A stretch of 64,000 bases of DNA, taken from assembly GCA_973895155.1 (NCBI GenBank), contig OZ316891.1:2989801-3053800 (forward strand). The letters run 5' to 3'. Positions within the stretch are counted from its first letter, which is position 1. The number at the start of each line of letters is the position of its first letter. The position numbers and the translations under genes were made by a program. The notes under the pieces are model-generated. The model saw only the letters and a list, made by a program, of their open reading frames with translations. It had not been told where the DNA came from and did not search any database. This document shows positions 10,576-24,193 of this stretch, one piece after another. Origin of the DNA: Marsupella aquatica (taxonomy: Eukaryota > Plantae > Marchantiophyta).

Positions 10576-10593
10576 TCCCCGGCAGCGGCGCCA
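10576..10593 (-). promoter_or_regulatory. Primer binding site, tRNA-Asp type
   Basis: Minus strand TGGCGCCGCTGCCGGGGA lies 6 nt after the LTR end (...TACGACA TCTTTT TGG). It closely matches the Athila PBS TGGCGCCGTTGCCGGGGA. Confidence 0.9.
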
Positions 10594-10599
10594 AAAAGA

Positions 10600-11990
10600 T
10601 GTCGTATAGTGCTAAGTATCAAAAGTGACTCTTCTCACCTAAAACCAGGGTTTCGATCCCTTTAAGAACAGATTTCAGAATGAATTGTATAACTTTTATC
10701 ACTCCGAGTGATTTAGAGTCTTGAGCTCTATGTTGACTTCACTTCTCAATAAAAAAAATCGAATAAACAAACAACAAAGTAACTGAACTTCTGATTTATG
10801 AATTAGAGAAGAAATGAGTAAGGATTTAGAGACTACAAGCTGCTACTGCCACTCCTTCAGAAAGGATTTGGGCTCAGTATAGACATGAAATCTATCTCAT
10901 AATTCATCCATCTCACTCTTCAAAACACAAAGGTTAATGATAATGGAATTCTCAATCTGATGAAGCAGAAGCTTTCTGATTGCAAATGAATGATATGATT
11001 TAAAATGCCGTCAACATGGTTTGACATCAGCGATACACAATTCAGTCAAACTCTAAACCATATTCCAGAATCAAAGCAACAGTACTAACTACTCTGAGAA
11101 TCAGAATTTACTTCTCATTTATCATTAACTATTCTTGAATTGGCTAGCGAATCCCGACTCTGCAAGCAAGCCTAGCAGTGAATTCAATACGAGTTTCAGA
11201 AATCTACAACTGAATTCAATCACCACAGGAATCTCTTGAATTCAATCTTAACTTCAATCAATATAGCTTTACTTCCATACAAAACACTCACAGCATGCCT
11301 TGTTACAATGGAAGGAGGAGAAAACTATTCAGAAGACTCAATTCTGAATACAGTATTAACTCTATTTCTCTCTACTTCAAATGAGCATTCTACTCTGTCT
11401 TATAAGTGCTGGAATCCTAAAATGGAGGAGGTAAGAACAGTCGTGCCTTTCCAAGCTTAAAACTAAACAAGGGAGAAGCACAACATAAGTACTTCAACAA
11501 GGGTGGTAGAATACTACTTTACTAGTAATCTACTTCAAAAACTAAGTGTTGAGCGGACGCTGCTAGAAGCGTCGGGAGAATCTGGACGCTGCTAGAAGCG
11601 TCTTAAGTAAAACCAACGGACGCTGCTCACACTGCTCACAGCGTCAATACTAGGGTGGACGCTGCTCACAGCGTCGTGTGTTGAAGCTGACGCTTTCCAC
11701 AGCGTCGGTCGAAATCCTCATAGAGTCTTGGTGGCGGTCGGGCGCTGCCAAAAGCGTCATGAGGAGGTTGGACGCTTCCGCAGCGTCTTGAGTAAAAGAA
11801 ACGGGCGCTGGTCACAGCGTCGGGCAAAGTACACTAGGAATCGTCAGGAAAGCCGGAGATGTCAAATATTTCTATAAGTGTCCAGAACAAGTAAATGTTG
11901 GCCGGAAGGTGTCTAAAGTGTAAGTAAATCTTGTGATATGCTAAAAATAAACAAGTTTCCAGAAAAAATTGCAGGGACACCCATACCACA
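10600..11990 (-). repeat. 5' LTR of the Gypsy element (~1391 bp)
   Basis: Starts TG next to the PBS. The far boundary is inferred from imperfect inverted termini (TGTCGTATAG vs rc TGTGGTATGG, 8/10). The partner LTR is outside the window. Confidence 0.65.
11556..11821. repeat. Array of 8 GACGCT-N5/6-AGCGTC palindromes in the LTR
   Basis: Copies at 11556, 11585, 11619 (spacer duplicated), 11658, 11689, 11741, 11771 and 11804. Confidence 0.9.
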
Positions 11991-12016
11991 TAAGTCTACA
12001 AAATAAAATACTAATC

Positions 12017-13839
12017 TCATACTGTAATAGGAGGAGGGTCGACTACAAGTAGAGGGAGGCGAGCTACATAACCAAGGGCTATCTTCCCTTTGGTCCTCTG
12101 TCCCTTCAAATACTGTCGACGGAAAAGGTCCTCACGGTAACGAATCAAACGAGGCTCACTAGTCTTCCGGATGGGATGTCCATCCGGTCCAATCCAAACA
12201 AAGTAATCTGATGGCCATGGAATGTCTGGAGCTAGAAGAGGGAAAGGTGCTATGACCTTTCTACAATGATAAACCCAACTCCAAAGGTCAGGAGTCTCAA
12301 TCGTGGGTAATCTCAGCTTGTCGATAGGTAGCCATAGAATACCACAAGAAATCAGAACCATGTCGTAGGTGTGTGGAAAAGGAAAAGACTCACGACCAAA
12401 CATAAGTGGAGGTAAAGGAGGTGCAAGAGGAGTGCGTGCGTCGATGAGTGACGTAATCATCCTATCAAACTGGGCGGGAAAGACAAAAAGAGGCTCAATG
12501 TCGGCAACAGAAGAGACAATAGGAGGCTGAGACATGAAAGGAGTAGGAGCTATAAATGGTACACTGGGAGGCTCTATAGTCTCAGGCTCAGGCTCAGTCT
12601 CGGGAATAGGTTCATCTCCTTCCATGGTAGGAGAGGGAAATGAATCATCAAGGGGTGATAGGGTGGTATCCTCAATAGAGGAAAATGGATCTGGAGGGGG
12701 TACTGGTGAAGGGGGTAAAGGAGATGGAGGGTGCTCAGGTGAAAATGTAGGAGGGATAGGGGAAAGAATGGGATCAGGTAGAGGGGGTGTAGGTGAGGAT
12801 GGAGGAGAGAGTGAAGGGTCAGCAATAGGTAGCTCCGGCTCATCCACATCCATAGGGTGATCAGACTGTGGTGAAGGTGCAAGGGGTGAAACATGAGGGG
12901 GTGGGACGGCACGAGACTCGGAAAGCAAAGCACGAATACAGTCAAGTAACTGTAGAGGGCCCGTACAACTCAAGAGTCTAGTGGCCTCATCTACCAAATG
13001 CTGGTTGAAACCAGCCACACTAGCTAGTCGCTCAACATCACCAACAAAATCAGTCCATGACGGATAAGAAGTGGAAGCAACAAAAGAGGGAGAAGTCATC
13101 CCTGGTAGATCTGGTGCTGTCGTCTGCTCCACTACAGGGGGTCTCAGAGATGTCGTCGGTGGTGGAGTCAACTCTCTCGCTAACTCTGGCTGAGGTAGCT
13201 CAAATTGTCTCGCTCTCCTCCTCCAATCGCTCAGTTCCACTGGTAACAAGCAGCCTCTCGAAAAGTAAATGTGCGCCAAGTAGGGTGTCAGATAGGTATC
13301 ACTGGTAGTAGACAAGACAGCCACCTGCTTGGCGATCACCTCCAAAAGAGCTAAGGCCCAGTTGATCCTAAGGTCCATGATACAATGATAGAGCTGGTCA
13401 AGTAAACCATAGCCCTGGTGGGTTTGGTCGGATGAAAGATAGGTACAAGGAATCAGAGTAGATGAGCTAACTCCCGGTTCCTGCACTGATCAATCTTCCA
13501 ACCAGACCTCCGGTCCCTGGTACCTCTAAAATAGGGGACAGTCAAGTCCTCTCCAACAGAGATAAGTCTCTCTCCCTCCTGGCTCAACTGGTACACCTCA
13601 GAAATAACGGCGGTGGTACACACATCAGCTGAACCTCTAGTAGAACTCCGAAAAGTGCCAGCTCGGGGTGGACGAAGAAAATCGGCAATGATGGACCCAT
13701 GCACCATATCCCAAGGAAGAAAAAGTAAGGAACTCAAGCCCATCTCTACCAGGTTACTAAGGAGTCTAAAGTAAGCCTTAGGACCTGGAGGTAAGGTCAC
13801 CCTAATGGCCTTACTAATTGGGAAGCTTCTGGAGGCCAT
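12017..13839 (-). pseudogene. Extra ORF of a related, older Gypsy element (homolog of 395-2968), one frameshift near 13470
   Basis: Overlapping ORFs 13453-13839 and 12017-13486. Shared motifs MGLSSLLFLPW, SGWKIDQC, INWALAL, YLTPYLAHIY, LWSWVY..PFPLLAPDIPWPSDYFVW. Pro-rich middle. Confidence 0.75.
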
Positions 13840-13845
13840 AGCTCA

Positions 13846-14190
13846 CACTAGAAGAATCCGAGGTGAACTGAGACCGCAATATATGACTCATTTTGGCTCA
13901 TGTGACTTCATTGTGACTCAACGTGACTTGACCCACGCTGTGACCCTTGGAGTTGCAAAAGTTGAGACCAAAAAATGGAAGTCACTATTGATACTGGGCT
14001 TTGCAACTTGCTTGATACCCATTTGTGACTGATCTGTGACTTTATTGTGGAGTCTAGCCTTGTTTCGACGTGACTGCAATATGACTTCAGCGAGTCACAT
14101 CGTAAGTCACATACATGACTTACCCGCATTCAACAACGACTAGCGTGTGACTATTTAGTGTCACAGGAGAGACCAATGGAGACCCTGGCC
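13846..14190. repeat. TIR and subterminal TGACT/AGTCA repeats of CACTA 1
   Basis: CACTA start followed by many tgact/tgacc/agtca copies in both orientations. Confidence 0.8.
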
Positions 14191-14700
14191 CGCGTCACAC
14201 AACAGAACCATTTGGGACTCTATATACTCATGTTTATAACTAATAAGGTTCACATGCAAGTTATAACCATGACTAATGAACACAGAGGGACAGTTCATAA
14301 GAAGAGAGAGCACTCGACATTACAATACATAGAAACCTGATGTTCTAACTTTAGAAATATAACACATTGAATACAAGAAATGAACATAGCATGAATGACA
14401 TCCACATGAAACAAAGCATCATATAAGCAGATCCTACATAAAACATTCATAAGAATTAAACACAATCACAATCTTGCTAAAAAATGAAGATCATTTGAAT
14501 TCCAATGGAATAGTTTACAATGTGATCAATGTAATTTAGACAAAACAGGAACTCATAATTGATGACTGTAGGATGAGATAACTGAAAGCACATGCATGAT
14601 ACTATGAATCTCCAAGAGGACATGATTCTTGTACTGCTTCTTGACATCTAAAATCTACATAACATGACTCACACTACAAACAAATAATGGCATGACATTG

Positions 14701-17700
14701 TTATGGATCCTCTATGAACTTGCTTGGCCATAATACCAAAGAACCTGCAGCATCTCCAAGTGTCTTTTGAGGAGGATCATCATTTGTGTTTGGAATGGGA
14801 AGGACAGCTTTAGGTTTCACTAGTAATGTGACTAACACTACTGAATAACCTGGGGGAATCCTCTTGCCATGGAACGTTGTGGAACCAACCTGCACTCTGG
14901 CAAATCCTACTCGTGTTCCACTCTCATCAACAACTAACAAGCCACTTTGTCCCTCAGCATTAGGTGCTTTCCCCACTTCCACCTTAGATCTTTCTGCCAG
15001 CACTGTTCTTGGAGGTTTGTATGAAACCTTTGACGTGACTCTGCTCCCACCAGCAGACTTGCTTCGTGTGCGCATGCTTCCTCTCTTCACAGTAGTGAAG
15101 CTAGGCTCAGTAGGTTCCTCTGTTAGGACTGTCACAGTAGCAGGTTCATCACCTGGGAGTGTCATACCAACTAGCTCTTTGGTTGGATTTATCTCAACAA
15201 GAGGCACACCTGTCATTGAGAATGATACATTCTGCAAATCATTTATCTCTGCAATGGAGTCAAGATCTACATAGCATGAATCTGGCTCAATGGTATCATT
15301 GTCATGCTTGCTGATATCCTCATTTGCCCCAACATTGATATCATCCACTCCCTTGCCAATGTCATCCTCATCCAAACATGGTTGACTGCCCTCTGTCAAA
15401 CAAGTTGCTTGTACAGACTGCAACTTTGTTGCCTCTAAATTACAGCGAGTATTTGCCAGGTTCTCATACTTCTTCTCTGTAGCACCTGTCTTATTCTCTA
15501 TGGACACAACAACCACAATATATGTTACTGAAAATAACACATTCAACAAACAATGTCAATTCAAACTATACATTTAATAATCATATCCCACACAGTTGTA
15601 AAGGCCTTACCTTCAAGCCTACATGTCGTTGGCATGCCAGAAGAGTGCATCAACTTTGCCACCTCAAGTGGTGATGGTGGAACTCCTGCAGAATTGGAAT
15701 CAATTTTATCTCTCACCGACACAACAGCTTCCATTAATGTCTTGAAGTTCACATGGAACAAGTCAGTCAATGAATTCAAACGTTCATTGATCTCTGGAAG
15801 ACATGTTTCGACAGCCTTCAAACGACCACTTATCTCTGTAAGTGAAGATCCACCTCCCTACATGACACAGGGGTATAGGTTCAATCACTCCATATGAAAT
15901 GTTGGGCAATATATGCACAATCAATGTTATATACAGTGTACACCTGAAATTCAACGCAGGTCATTCAATTACCAATCAGAACTCATATAACTTACATGCT
16001 TGGAGGATTCAGATGCACCCTCTTGAGCCCAGGTGTTCACAATTTCAGCCCTCAACTCTTCTTTTGAAGGGCTTTGCCCCAATTGGGCTTTCTGCACATG
16101 CATGGCAAACACAAGTTATCGATCAATATTCAGGGAACGTACACTAAAAAACAAAGTTTACATGTATGGGTTTACACTAAAAAATAGTACATAGTGTAGC
16201 ATAAATTACATAGCTAGGCCATTCATTCTTACCAAACGTTTAGCTGTCGGTGCAGTGCCGGTCCTTCCTGTCAGATTAGGGTTCTGAACACTCAACCTGG
16301 CCTCGGTCATCTGTGAACTCTTCTTTTTTGAAGCATCTGTTACAAAATAAGCTACTAACCTTGCCCACACTTTATCATCACAACTGGCTGGTGGAGGCAT
16401 ATCTGGCTTCTCCCCACCTTCCTTCCAAGCCTTATGCATTCTCCACCTCTCTTGCTTGATAATTTTACCTGCTGTACTCTCTAGGCAACCTATGTCCACG
16501 CCATCATCACTGCCCACATAATTCCATTTGGCAGCAACATTTTCACATACAGTCTTCCAATCTTTTGGATGCTGTTTTTTAAAATTAATAACACTCACAT
16601 CTAACCAACGCAATACTTCAGCTTTCAAATCAGCATGCCATCGGTTCTTGCGAGGACACTCAGCATCCACCCATTGTCTCTCATTCAACTTTACGTTCCC
16701 TTTCTTTGTCACCTCCCCTCGTGCACTGCTCTCGGTAGTACTGGGCGTTGTATTGGCCACCCCTTCATTCACCCTACCTGGGGTTCTGAAGCCACCTGGG
16801 AAAATACAATGCCATTCATGCTTGAGAACTACATATAGCAGAATGGATGACGGCAACATTCAATGCTTCACTTCAAGAAAAATTCTTCAAACATACATAC
16901 CTGTAGCTCTGCCTGTAGATGCCTGTGCAGGGACTGCACTCTGAAATTGTTGCGACCCTGGACCACCTGTCCAGCCTAGTACAGGGGCCGGATGATGTCA
17001 CTTTCTAGGTATGTGTGTGCAAACATATGTACTGAAAACTAAGTACAAACTGTAGGAAAACAACTGAACATTCACCGACATACCTGTCCCCCTTCCGTGC
17101 TGCATCTGCATAGGGGCATTAGTGAATACTTGAGTCGATGGTTCGACTGTCCAACCTGCACACATACATTTTCTATCATTATACATGTGCAGAGTCCCCC
17201 CCACGTGAATGGACTCCACATATAATGAGTTCTTCCATTGCTGACAAGATCAGACATTACCTGCTCCTCTTCCAGCGTTTGTAGGTACTGTATTTTGATA
17301 TCCCTGCCAATTACCTTCACCACCTTCCCAACCTTGTTCATTCCACGACCCACCACCATCCTCCCAACCTGGTTCAACCCATGTCTGTCCTTGTGGACAT
17401 TGGAACTGATCATTACTAGCATTTGCCCAATCAGGTTGGGCAGAATCTGCATGCAATGGCAGGTGGACAGAATTTCATGTTGTCTGAATCCAATACATCC
17501 CAAACAATGTCAAAAATTGATATGCAGTCTGAAATTCAGGAGTGCCATGCCTTCACAAAGAACTGGCATATAGATATATACTCACATCCCCACGGTTGAG
17601 GTGGACGTCCATACCCACGAGATTGTGGGTTTGGACCTGCTCTGCCTCTACCACGGGCATAACCTAGAGCTTGCCCCCTGCCATAGTATTGGGCACCAGC

Positions 17701-18407
17701 CTGGGATCTACCACTACTACCACCTCGCCAACCTTGATCAGAGGTCAGCCCCCCCTGCTGGTATGGTGCATGCACAGGCTTCGAAGGCAAAACAGAACTG
17801 GCAGGACGCTGCATCACATCACCAACTACAATGTCAGGAACTAAGCAAGGTACATATGTGTAGTACTGAACATATGAAACCTCTAAACAAGAGTTTTTAA
17901 CTCAAAACCTTGTTGGGAAAACTACTTACATGTTTCTTTTGGGGCTGCTCTGCAATGTATTCATCTTCATAACCCCCATCCTCATCCATTTCCTCTGGAA
18001 AATACTCATCATCTGCATCTTCTTGTCTAGTGTCTGCACCCACCTGTGCAGCATCAATGTCATCTCCACATTCTGCCATTGTAGGTACGACCTTCTTGCT
18101 CAACCTGTCACTCCGACGCACAGGCCCAGAGATAGTGCTGGTCACCCTTCTTGCGTACTCCTTTTGTTTCTTTGAAAATGTTGTGGCTCTGCGACATTCC
18201 AATATGAGAATACAGTCACAATTTCAGTGCCACATTGAACTATTCATGTCACACAAACTCAGCGGAGGGGTGTAGTTGAGAATCGTTCCCTTACAATTCA
18301 GCCACATCCTTTTCCAGATCCAGTTCTGCGATTTTGGCTTTCACGTATGCTCGTTGTTCCATAGCTTTCCTTTCATACTCACACATCTCTGTGTCACTCT
18401 GTTCCAT
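14701..18407 (-). CDS. TnpA-like multi-exon gene of CACTA 1
   Basis: First exon MEQSDTEMCEYERKAMEQR...; central NRWHADLKAEVLRWLD..WARLVAYF..KKSSQMTEAR..GRTG (Ptta/En/Spm-type); C-terminal FHGKRIPPGYSVV..LPIPN.DDPP..LGDAAGSLVLWP (Tnp1/En/Spm-type). GT-AG introns; exact exon limits not fully resolved. Confidence 0.75.
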
Positions 18408-18563
18408 CCTACTGGACCACAAAAACATGTCATCTATGGTCACCCCGTATAACACAATGCAACCACAATCACCAGGCATCCATCCATACATCTGTGTTGC
18501 TTCAGAATTACTTTATTACACATCCTTCCCCTCACTAATGTCTATGCAAACAATTTACATTAC

Positions 18564-21500
18564 TCATGGCACAGGCACACTGTTGGCATCTGCATCTCTG
18601 AATTCGCCTCCTTCAGCAAATGCATCTACCCTTGTCACAGGAATGAAGTCCCCGCTATCATGAACTACAGGCACTTGGTCTGAACGCCGACGATCAAAGG
18701 CACTATGAGAGTGTAAATGAAACTCAAGGTTTGATCCTTCCATCCGGCGTTGCCTGGCCTGTTTATGACACACTACACGCCAACCTGGGGAGTCTTCCAC
18801 ATCCAGGAAGAAAGCTTGCTCCACCTGACTAGGAAACACAAATGGCTCAGACCATTCGGGCAATTTCCCTCTGAAATTGGCCAGCAAGAAACCGTCGTTG
18901 TCTCTCTTCATGGTAGCCCTGTTAGCAAGCCAATCCTGCCGCACCCATGAACCTTTCATAAGAATCACAGGACTGGACACCGCCCCATAGTCCAGAGCCC
19001 ATATGTCAACTAATTCTCCCACATATCCCATCTCCATCCAGGCCCTGTTGTGATTGTGGCTCTGTTGCTCAAATACAGTGATGAGCCCGCAGTCATTCGT
19101 CACCCTGTAGGCACTGTCACCATCCTTCACTCGGAAGTGATTCCCATATGCTCTCATCCGTTTGTAAGTCTTCACTTTCAGGCTAGGGGCATTAGACAGT
19201 AGGTAAACATCTGCATCCATGTCTGGGTGGGTCTCGTGATGCTCTCTAATTGCCACTCTGATCCACTCCATGAAACCTGGAAAAGTTGTTCCTGCAGTGG
19301 GATGGGCCGCCTTCAATGACTCATACTCCCTGAACGAACAACCACACAGCATTAGCTTGGGTAAACATGAACAGGCTGAAGGAGAAAACCACACGAACAC
19401 AACATTTAAGCTCATGAACTGGATTATAGCACATGTATGCACTCACTGTATCCAGGGTTCCATCACCACAGTGTTGTGCAATACAAAGTCATGTGCCAAG
19501 TCTCTCATAGATATGGTCAGGTTCTTTGTGGTTGCAGCCCCTTCCAGTACTTCACCTACCACCCCTTCCTCCTCATCAGAATTCCACACCCTGGTCTTCA
19601 CATGCTCATATTGTGCTATGTATTCGGTCAGAAATCCCAGAGTCTCATCCTTGATGTAACCTTTAGCCATGCTTGCTTCAGGTTTGTAATATGTTCTCAC
19701 GTGACCTTTGAGTAGCTTCATGTACCGTTCCAAAGGGTACAACCAACGAGCACTCACAGGCCCAAATTGGTGTAGCTCTTCCACAACATGGACAAGTAGG
19801 TGGGTCATGACATCAAAAAATGCGGGAGGAAAATAAATCTCCAGGTCACACAGCACCTGAGCGACATCTTCTGTCAGTTGTGGGAAGTGTGTTTCATCCC
19901 AAACCTTCACACAAATACGACGAAACACATCACTGAGTCGCATGATCACAGTACGAACAGGCTTCTGCAACAGGCCCCTCAGGCATAAAGGCAACACCTG
20001 TTGCATCAACATATGGTAGTCATGGCTTTTCATACTACCAAGCTTTCTAGTCATGATATGCTTCTTGAAAGCACTGCCATAGTTTGAAGGAACCTTCAAA
20101 GAACTCAACCTCTGCACAAATAGTTCCCACTCTGTGTCTGTCAGAACATAGGGCGCTTGGTACTTCAAGAGCACATCAGCTCTGTGGGCATGTGGCCTCA
20201 ACCAAAGATGGGGTTTCATTCCCCTCTGTTCAAGATCCAATCTCACTGAACCAGTGTCTTTCTCTCCACACAAGAATCTGAGTAGACTCTCACAAATATT
20301 CTTTTCAATGTGCATAACATCAATGTTATGTTTGCTTGGCTCAAACTCCTGCATCGTTGCAATGCAAAAGCGTCAGGAAATGCCTCAAGTTTAGTCTCTC
20401 TCTTCGAAATGAATGCACATGCTCTGAACCAAAACATGTATCCCAATTAGCATCAACTCCAAGAGGCTTACCCTCCAGTACTTGAGCTCCAAGTCCAATA
20501 TGCTCAGTCTTTTTACACCATATCGCTTTATTGGATCACTCACTCCATCTTCCCTGCCCCCTCGTTTGATATAGTCATCCCTCAGTGCTCCCCACTGCCT
20601 GATCTCCTCTTTGGTCACTCGTGCCGGGGGTCCACGTTGCTCAATCTCATTGCCAAAGTGTGCAATCAGTGCCTGTCTTTCTCTGTAAGGGTGATCTGTC
20701 TTTAGAAAACGACGATGGCCCATGTATATCACTTTCTGCAGGGCTCTGGAGTACTCACTGGTGACATTGCGCCCACAGATAGTACAAGCACAATATCCTT
20801 TTGTTGTTTGGCCTGATATCATCCCATGGGCTGGGTAGTCAGCTATAGTCAGAATGACAATGGCTCTAAGGATGAATGGGTTTAACCTCCCAAGCCTCTG
20901 TAGGACATCATATGTGAGAACTCCTTCCTCCCAAAGATTTCTCAATTCCTCCACTAGGGGAGCCAGAAACACATCTATGTTGGCAGATACAGCACTGTCT
21001 GGCCCTGGTATCAGTAGGACCATCAGAACAAAAAATCGCTTTGTAGTCATCCAAGGAGGAAGGTTATAATTCAAAATAGTTACAGGCCAGCATGAAAATT
21101 TGTTGTTCTTGTCTCCAAATGGGTTTACCCCATCCAATGACAGCCCAAGTCTGACATTCCTCGGCTCAGCAGCAAATTCGGGATACATCTCATCTATGAG
21201 TTTCCATTGCCTTGAATCTGCAGCATGTCGTTGTAGCCCATCATCACTTTTCTTGTCAGTTGCCCAAGTCATCATCTCCGAGATGGCACGGCTTCTGAAC
21301 ATCCGCTGAAGTCTGGGAATGAGTGGAAAATGACGAAGTACCTTGGCGGGAACCATAGACTTTCCTGAGTTCCGATACCTGTGCTTCCCACACTTAGGGC
21401 ATGTCAACGATTCTTTATACTCCTTTCTGAAAAGAACATGCCCATCAGGACAGGCATGGATCGAATCATAGTTCAATCCAAGATTAGATATGCATCTTTT

Positions 21501-22295
21501 TGCCTCGTACATGTTCTTGGGCAAAATATTACCATCTGGTAGCACAGTTGTTCGCAAGAATGCCAACAACTCAGAAACCAAAACGTTGGGGACATTGTGG
21601 TTGCCGCAAATGTTCAGGAACATGATGACAAATCCCAGTTTAGAACATTTGCTACCGGGGTACAAAGACTTCCTGCCTTCCTGTATTTGCAGGGGAGAGC
21701 CAAACATCCCATCATGCCCAGGGGTTTCCTGCCCTATCTCAAACTCATCAAGAGGCTCTTTGACAGGGGGCACACTTGCATTTGCAACCGTATCCTCTTC
21801 ATTGTCCAGCCCATCATGAAATGCATCCAAGTCTTGGAAGATGTCTCTCACCATCTCTTCCACATGAATTCCTTCATCACGTGGTGCTGCCTGAGCACCA
21901 TCCCGTTGGAGAGCTGACAACCCACAGAGACCAGCTACAACATTTTCAAATGCACCAGGCAGAACCTCACTTGCCCGTCTTGCAGCATTGGCAGCATCAA
22001 ATTCTAACCTCCACTCCTCGTCGGAAGAATCTTCCTTTGCAGGATCATTCCAAACTCGATGTCGTGGATCTCTTCCATGAACCGCGATATGCCGCCAAAC
22101 CTCATTCAGACCCCTGGTACGGGATCCTTGGCAGATTGCACAAGGACATCTCATCCTACTGGCTCCTGAAAGTCTGGTTCGTAACCTTTCACGCTGCCAA
22201 AGCTTATTATCATGGCGTGATATCCTTGTGGGATGATGCAAAGGCAGTGCCTGTGCCCTGGGCTGGGTCTGGGGAGGGTGGTGACCAGGGTGCAT
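18564..22295 (-). CDS. TnpD-like DDE transposase of CACTA 1 (exons ~22295-20472, 20348-19447, 19329-18564)
   Basis: N-terminal CPC..C..H..H, IHACP..C..C, LSLDGVNPFG, NYNLPPW, ADYPA, DVMHIEKN, KSHDYH, FPPAFFDVMTHL, WLYPLER, EPFVFPSQVEQ. Canonical GT-AG introns keep the frame; no disabling lesion seen. Confidence 0.93.
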
Positions 22296-22728
22296 TGTAA
22301 CAGGCTGGGAGCTCTGCAGTCATGGACAGCAGTGAACAAGGATGCCTAATGGTGGTATTTGTGTTCCATATATCCCTGACTGTATCTGCCAAAAGAGTTA
22401 ACATAACGTGTACTAAATTCTCACAAACCCTAAACCACCCCAAAAGAAAAAAACAGGTTCGCAAGTAGTGTACCTATTGTCAAGTGAATGACACAAAATT
22501 TCTAAATGTTGGAGGGTGTCACCACCTCCTCCGCTGTCCTCAAATGTACCGCCTCTGCATGTACGTTTACAGTGACACCCCCAGGCAGCAGGAAACAACA
22601 ATCCGCCAACAGTAAAATAAGCCCAACTGCCACCAACCATAACAAGGTACATTAGTTCAAAGATCACATTTATTTCAATGATCTGATTTATACAAAAAAA
22701 CTTGTGTCCAAACTGATGCTACTACTCC

Positions 22729-23601
22729 TCACTCTGATTCAGAATCGCTAATGACCCATTCCTCACTTGTTGTCTCATAGTCCTCTCTGTAAGGATCCTG
22801 ACCCTTCCGTGGCCAGGCCTCAAAAAGATCATAGTCCATTGGGTTTTGACGCTTCCCAGCTGCTACTGATTCCACAAGCCAAGCATATGAAACCACAAAC
22901 ACATTATGGGACATGACATAAAAGCGAATGTCTCCCTTCCCAAACTTGCGGCAGGCTTTGGGATATGACTTAGTAATGACATGAGTGGTGTCCTCTGTTA
23001 TATTCTCCTCCACTGTCCCACCTAGGTCAAGCACTGTGGACTTGTACACTTTGCACTTAACCTCTCCAATTCCCGCCTCCACAAATACCATGCTCAGCCC
23101 TTTCAGAATGGGGGTTGGTTGCTTCGTCTCCTCAGCCAACATACTCTTCAGCCTTGTAGAGCTCTGTCCTTTGTTGAGTACAGGTCCATATTGGAGATCA
23201 GCAAGCCGTGCCTTTGCTTCCCAGACTTCTTGTTCAGCCCAAGCTGATGCAGTAGCTTCTTCATCCTCCCACAACTCATATTGCTCAGTATCCTGTACAA
23301 TCTTATGTGCTATGGAATCTGTGATCCAAGAGGCCTCAACTACTTTTAGGCCTTGCTTAGTAATTGCAGAATTCATGTAGGACCATGACCACTTCTTTAT
23401 CACTGATAGCCATGTCCCTGCAACAACATGTGTAGTCTCTGGAGTGATGTCTTGAACTACAGTGCCATGGAGCTCAGAGAATCGTTTCTGTACAGTTGGC
23501 CAATGCACTTTGGTCAACCCATGCTGGCCATGGACCAAAATCGCTCTGACCCCTGTAAACACTGCTGGGTGGTCACACTTTCTACGTTTACCAGGCTCCA
23601 T
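22729..23601 (-). CDS. Tandem BRCT-domain protein (DNA polymerase lambda-like BRCT), CACTA cargo
   Basis: Two repeats: VFTGV..HGTVVQDITPETTHVVA..VVEASWITDSI..YEL and ILKGL..LGGTVEENITEDTTHVI..VVSYAWLVESV..YDL. Intact, intronless, ATG at 23601, acidic tail. Confidence 0.85.
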   Translation of the reverse strand: MEPGKRRKCDHPAVFTGVRAILVHGQHGLTKVHWPTVQKRFSELHGTVVQDITPETTHVVAGTWLSVIKKWSWSYMNSAITKQGLKVVEASWITDSIAHKIVQDTEQYELWEDEEATASAWAEQEVWEAKARLADLQYGPVLNKGQSSTRLKSMLAEETKQPTPILKGLSMVFVEAGIGEVKCKVYKSTVLDLGGTVEENITEDTTHVITKSYPKACRKFGKGDIRFYVMSHNVFVVSYAWLVESVAAGKRQNPMDYDLFEAWPRKGQDPYREDYETTSEEWVISDSESE

Positions 23602-24193
23602 GTACACACACCCTACGTGATGACAGTGAATTTTGGAAGAATGGGTTCACCTGACAATACAAGGACAACAAAATTCCTGCTTTTTGAGTTGATCTGGCCC
23701 ACTGGTGCTCAGGTCCGATTTTGATAGGTACAAGGGATATGTGAACAATACGTACTAGGCACCTGCACGGATGCAGGACATTGTTTGAATATATACTACA
23801 AAATCCATATCCGTGGTGAAATGAAGTGCAACCAACTTGTCATGGCACATACATATTTTGTTGTAAAGGAGGATACATTCAATGACAAACTTATAGGGCA
23901 ATTTGATTAATTGCATGCCTGATAATTTATACGCTTACAATTTAGAAGTCCTGTTTTAATTTAGCAGTGTGATGAAAGTGTTTATGAAAATGACCACTCA
24001 GCCTAAATACTTCCAAGAAGGCTTGTAAGGATAAGTTTGTATAGGCATGTACCCAGCCACTGACGCCAGAGCACAAGATAAGTGCTGCCTATATAAACTC
24101 GCCTACCCAACTCCTTTTCAAAATTGGAATCTCTGCAATCTCAAAAAATAGTACATCCACATCAGGTGCACTGTGCATGTACAATGTTCAGCT

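Larger units (their letters stand above)
1..11990 (-). mobile_element. Ty3/Gypsy LTR retrotransposon, non-chromovirus Athila-like; 3' end runs off the left edge
   Basis: Order on the minus strand: LTR (10600-11990), tRNA-Asp-type PBS, gag-PR, RT-RH-INT, extra ORFs. No C-terminal chromodomain and no extra (Tat-type) RNase H visible. Confidence 0.93.

Noticed and set aside
11556-11821. CRISPR-like array of palindromic repeats
   Set aside because: Units are only ~18 bp with variable centres and irregular 11-35-bp gaps, there are no cas genes, and the context is a eukaryotic LTR.
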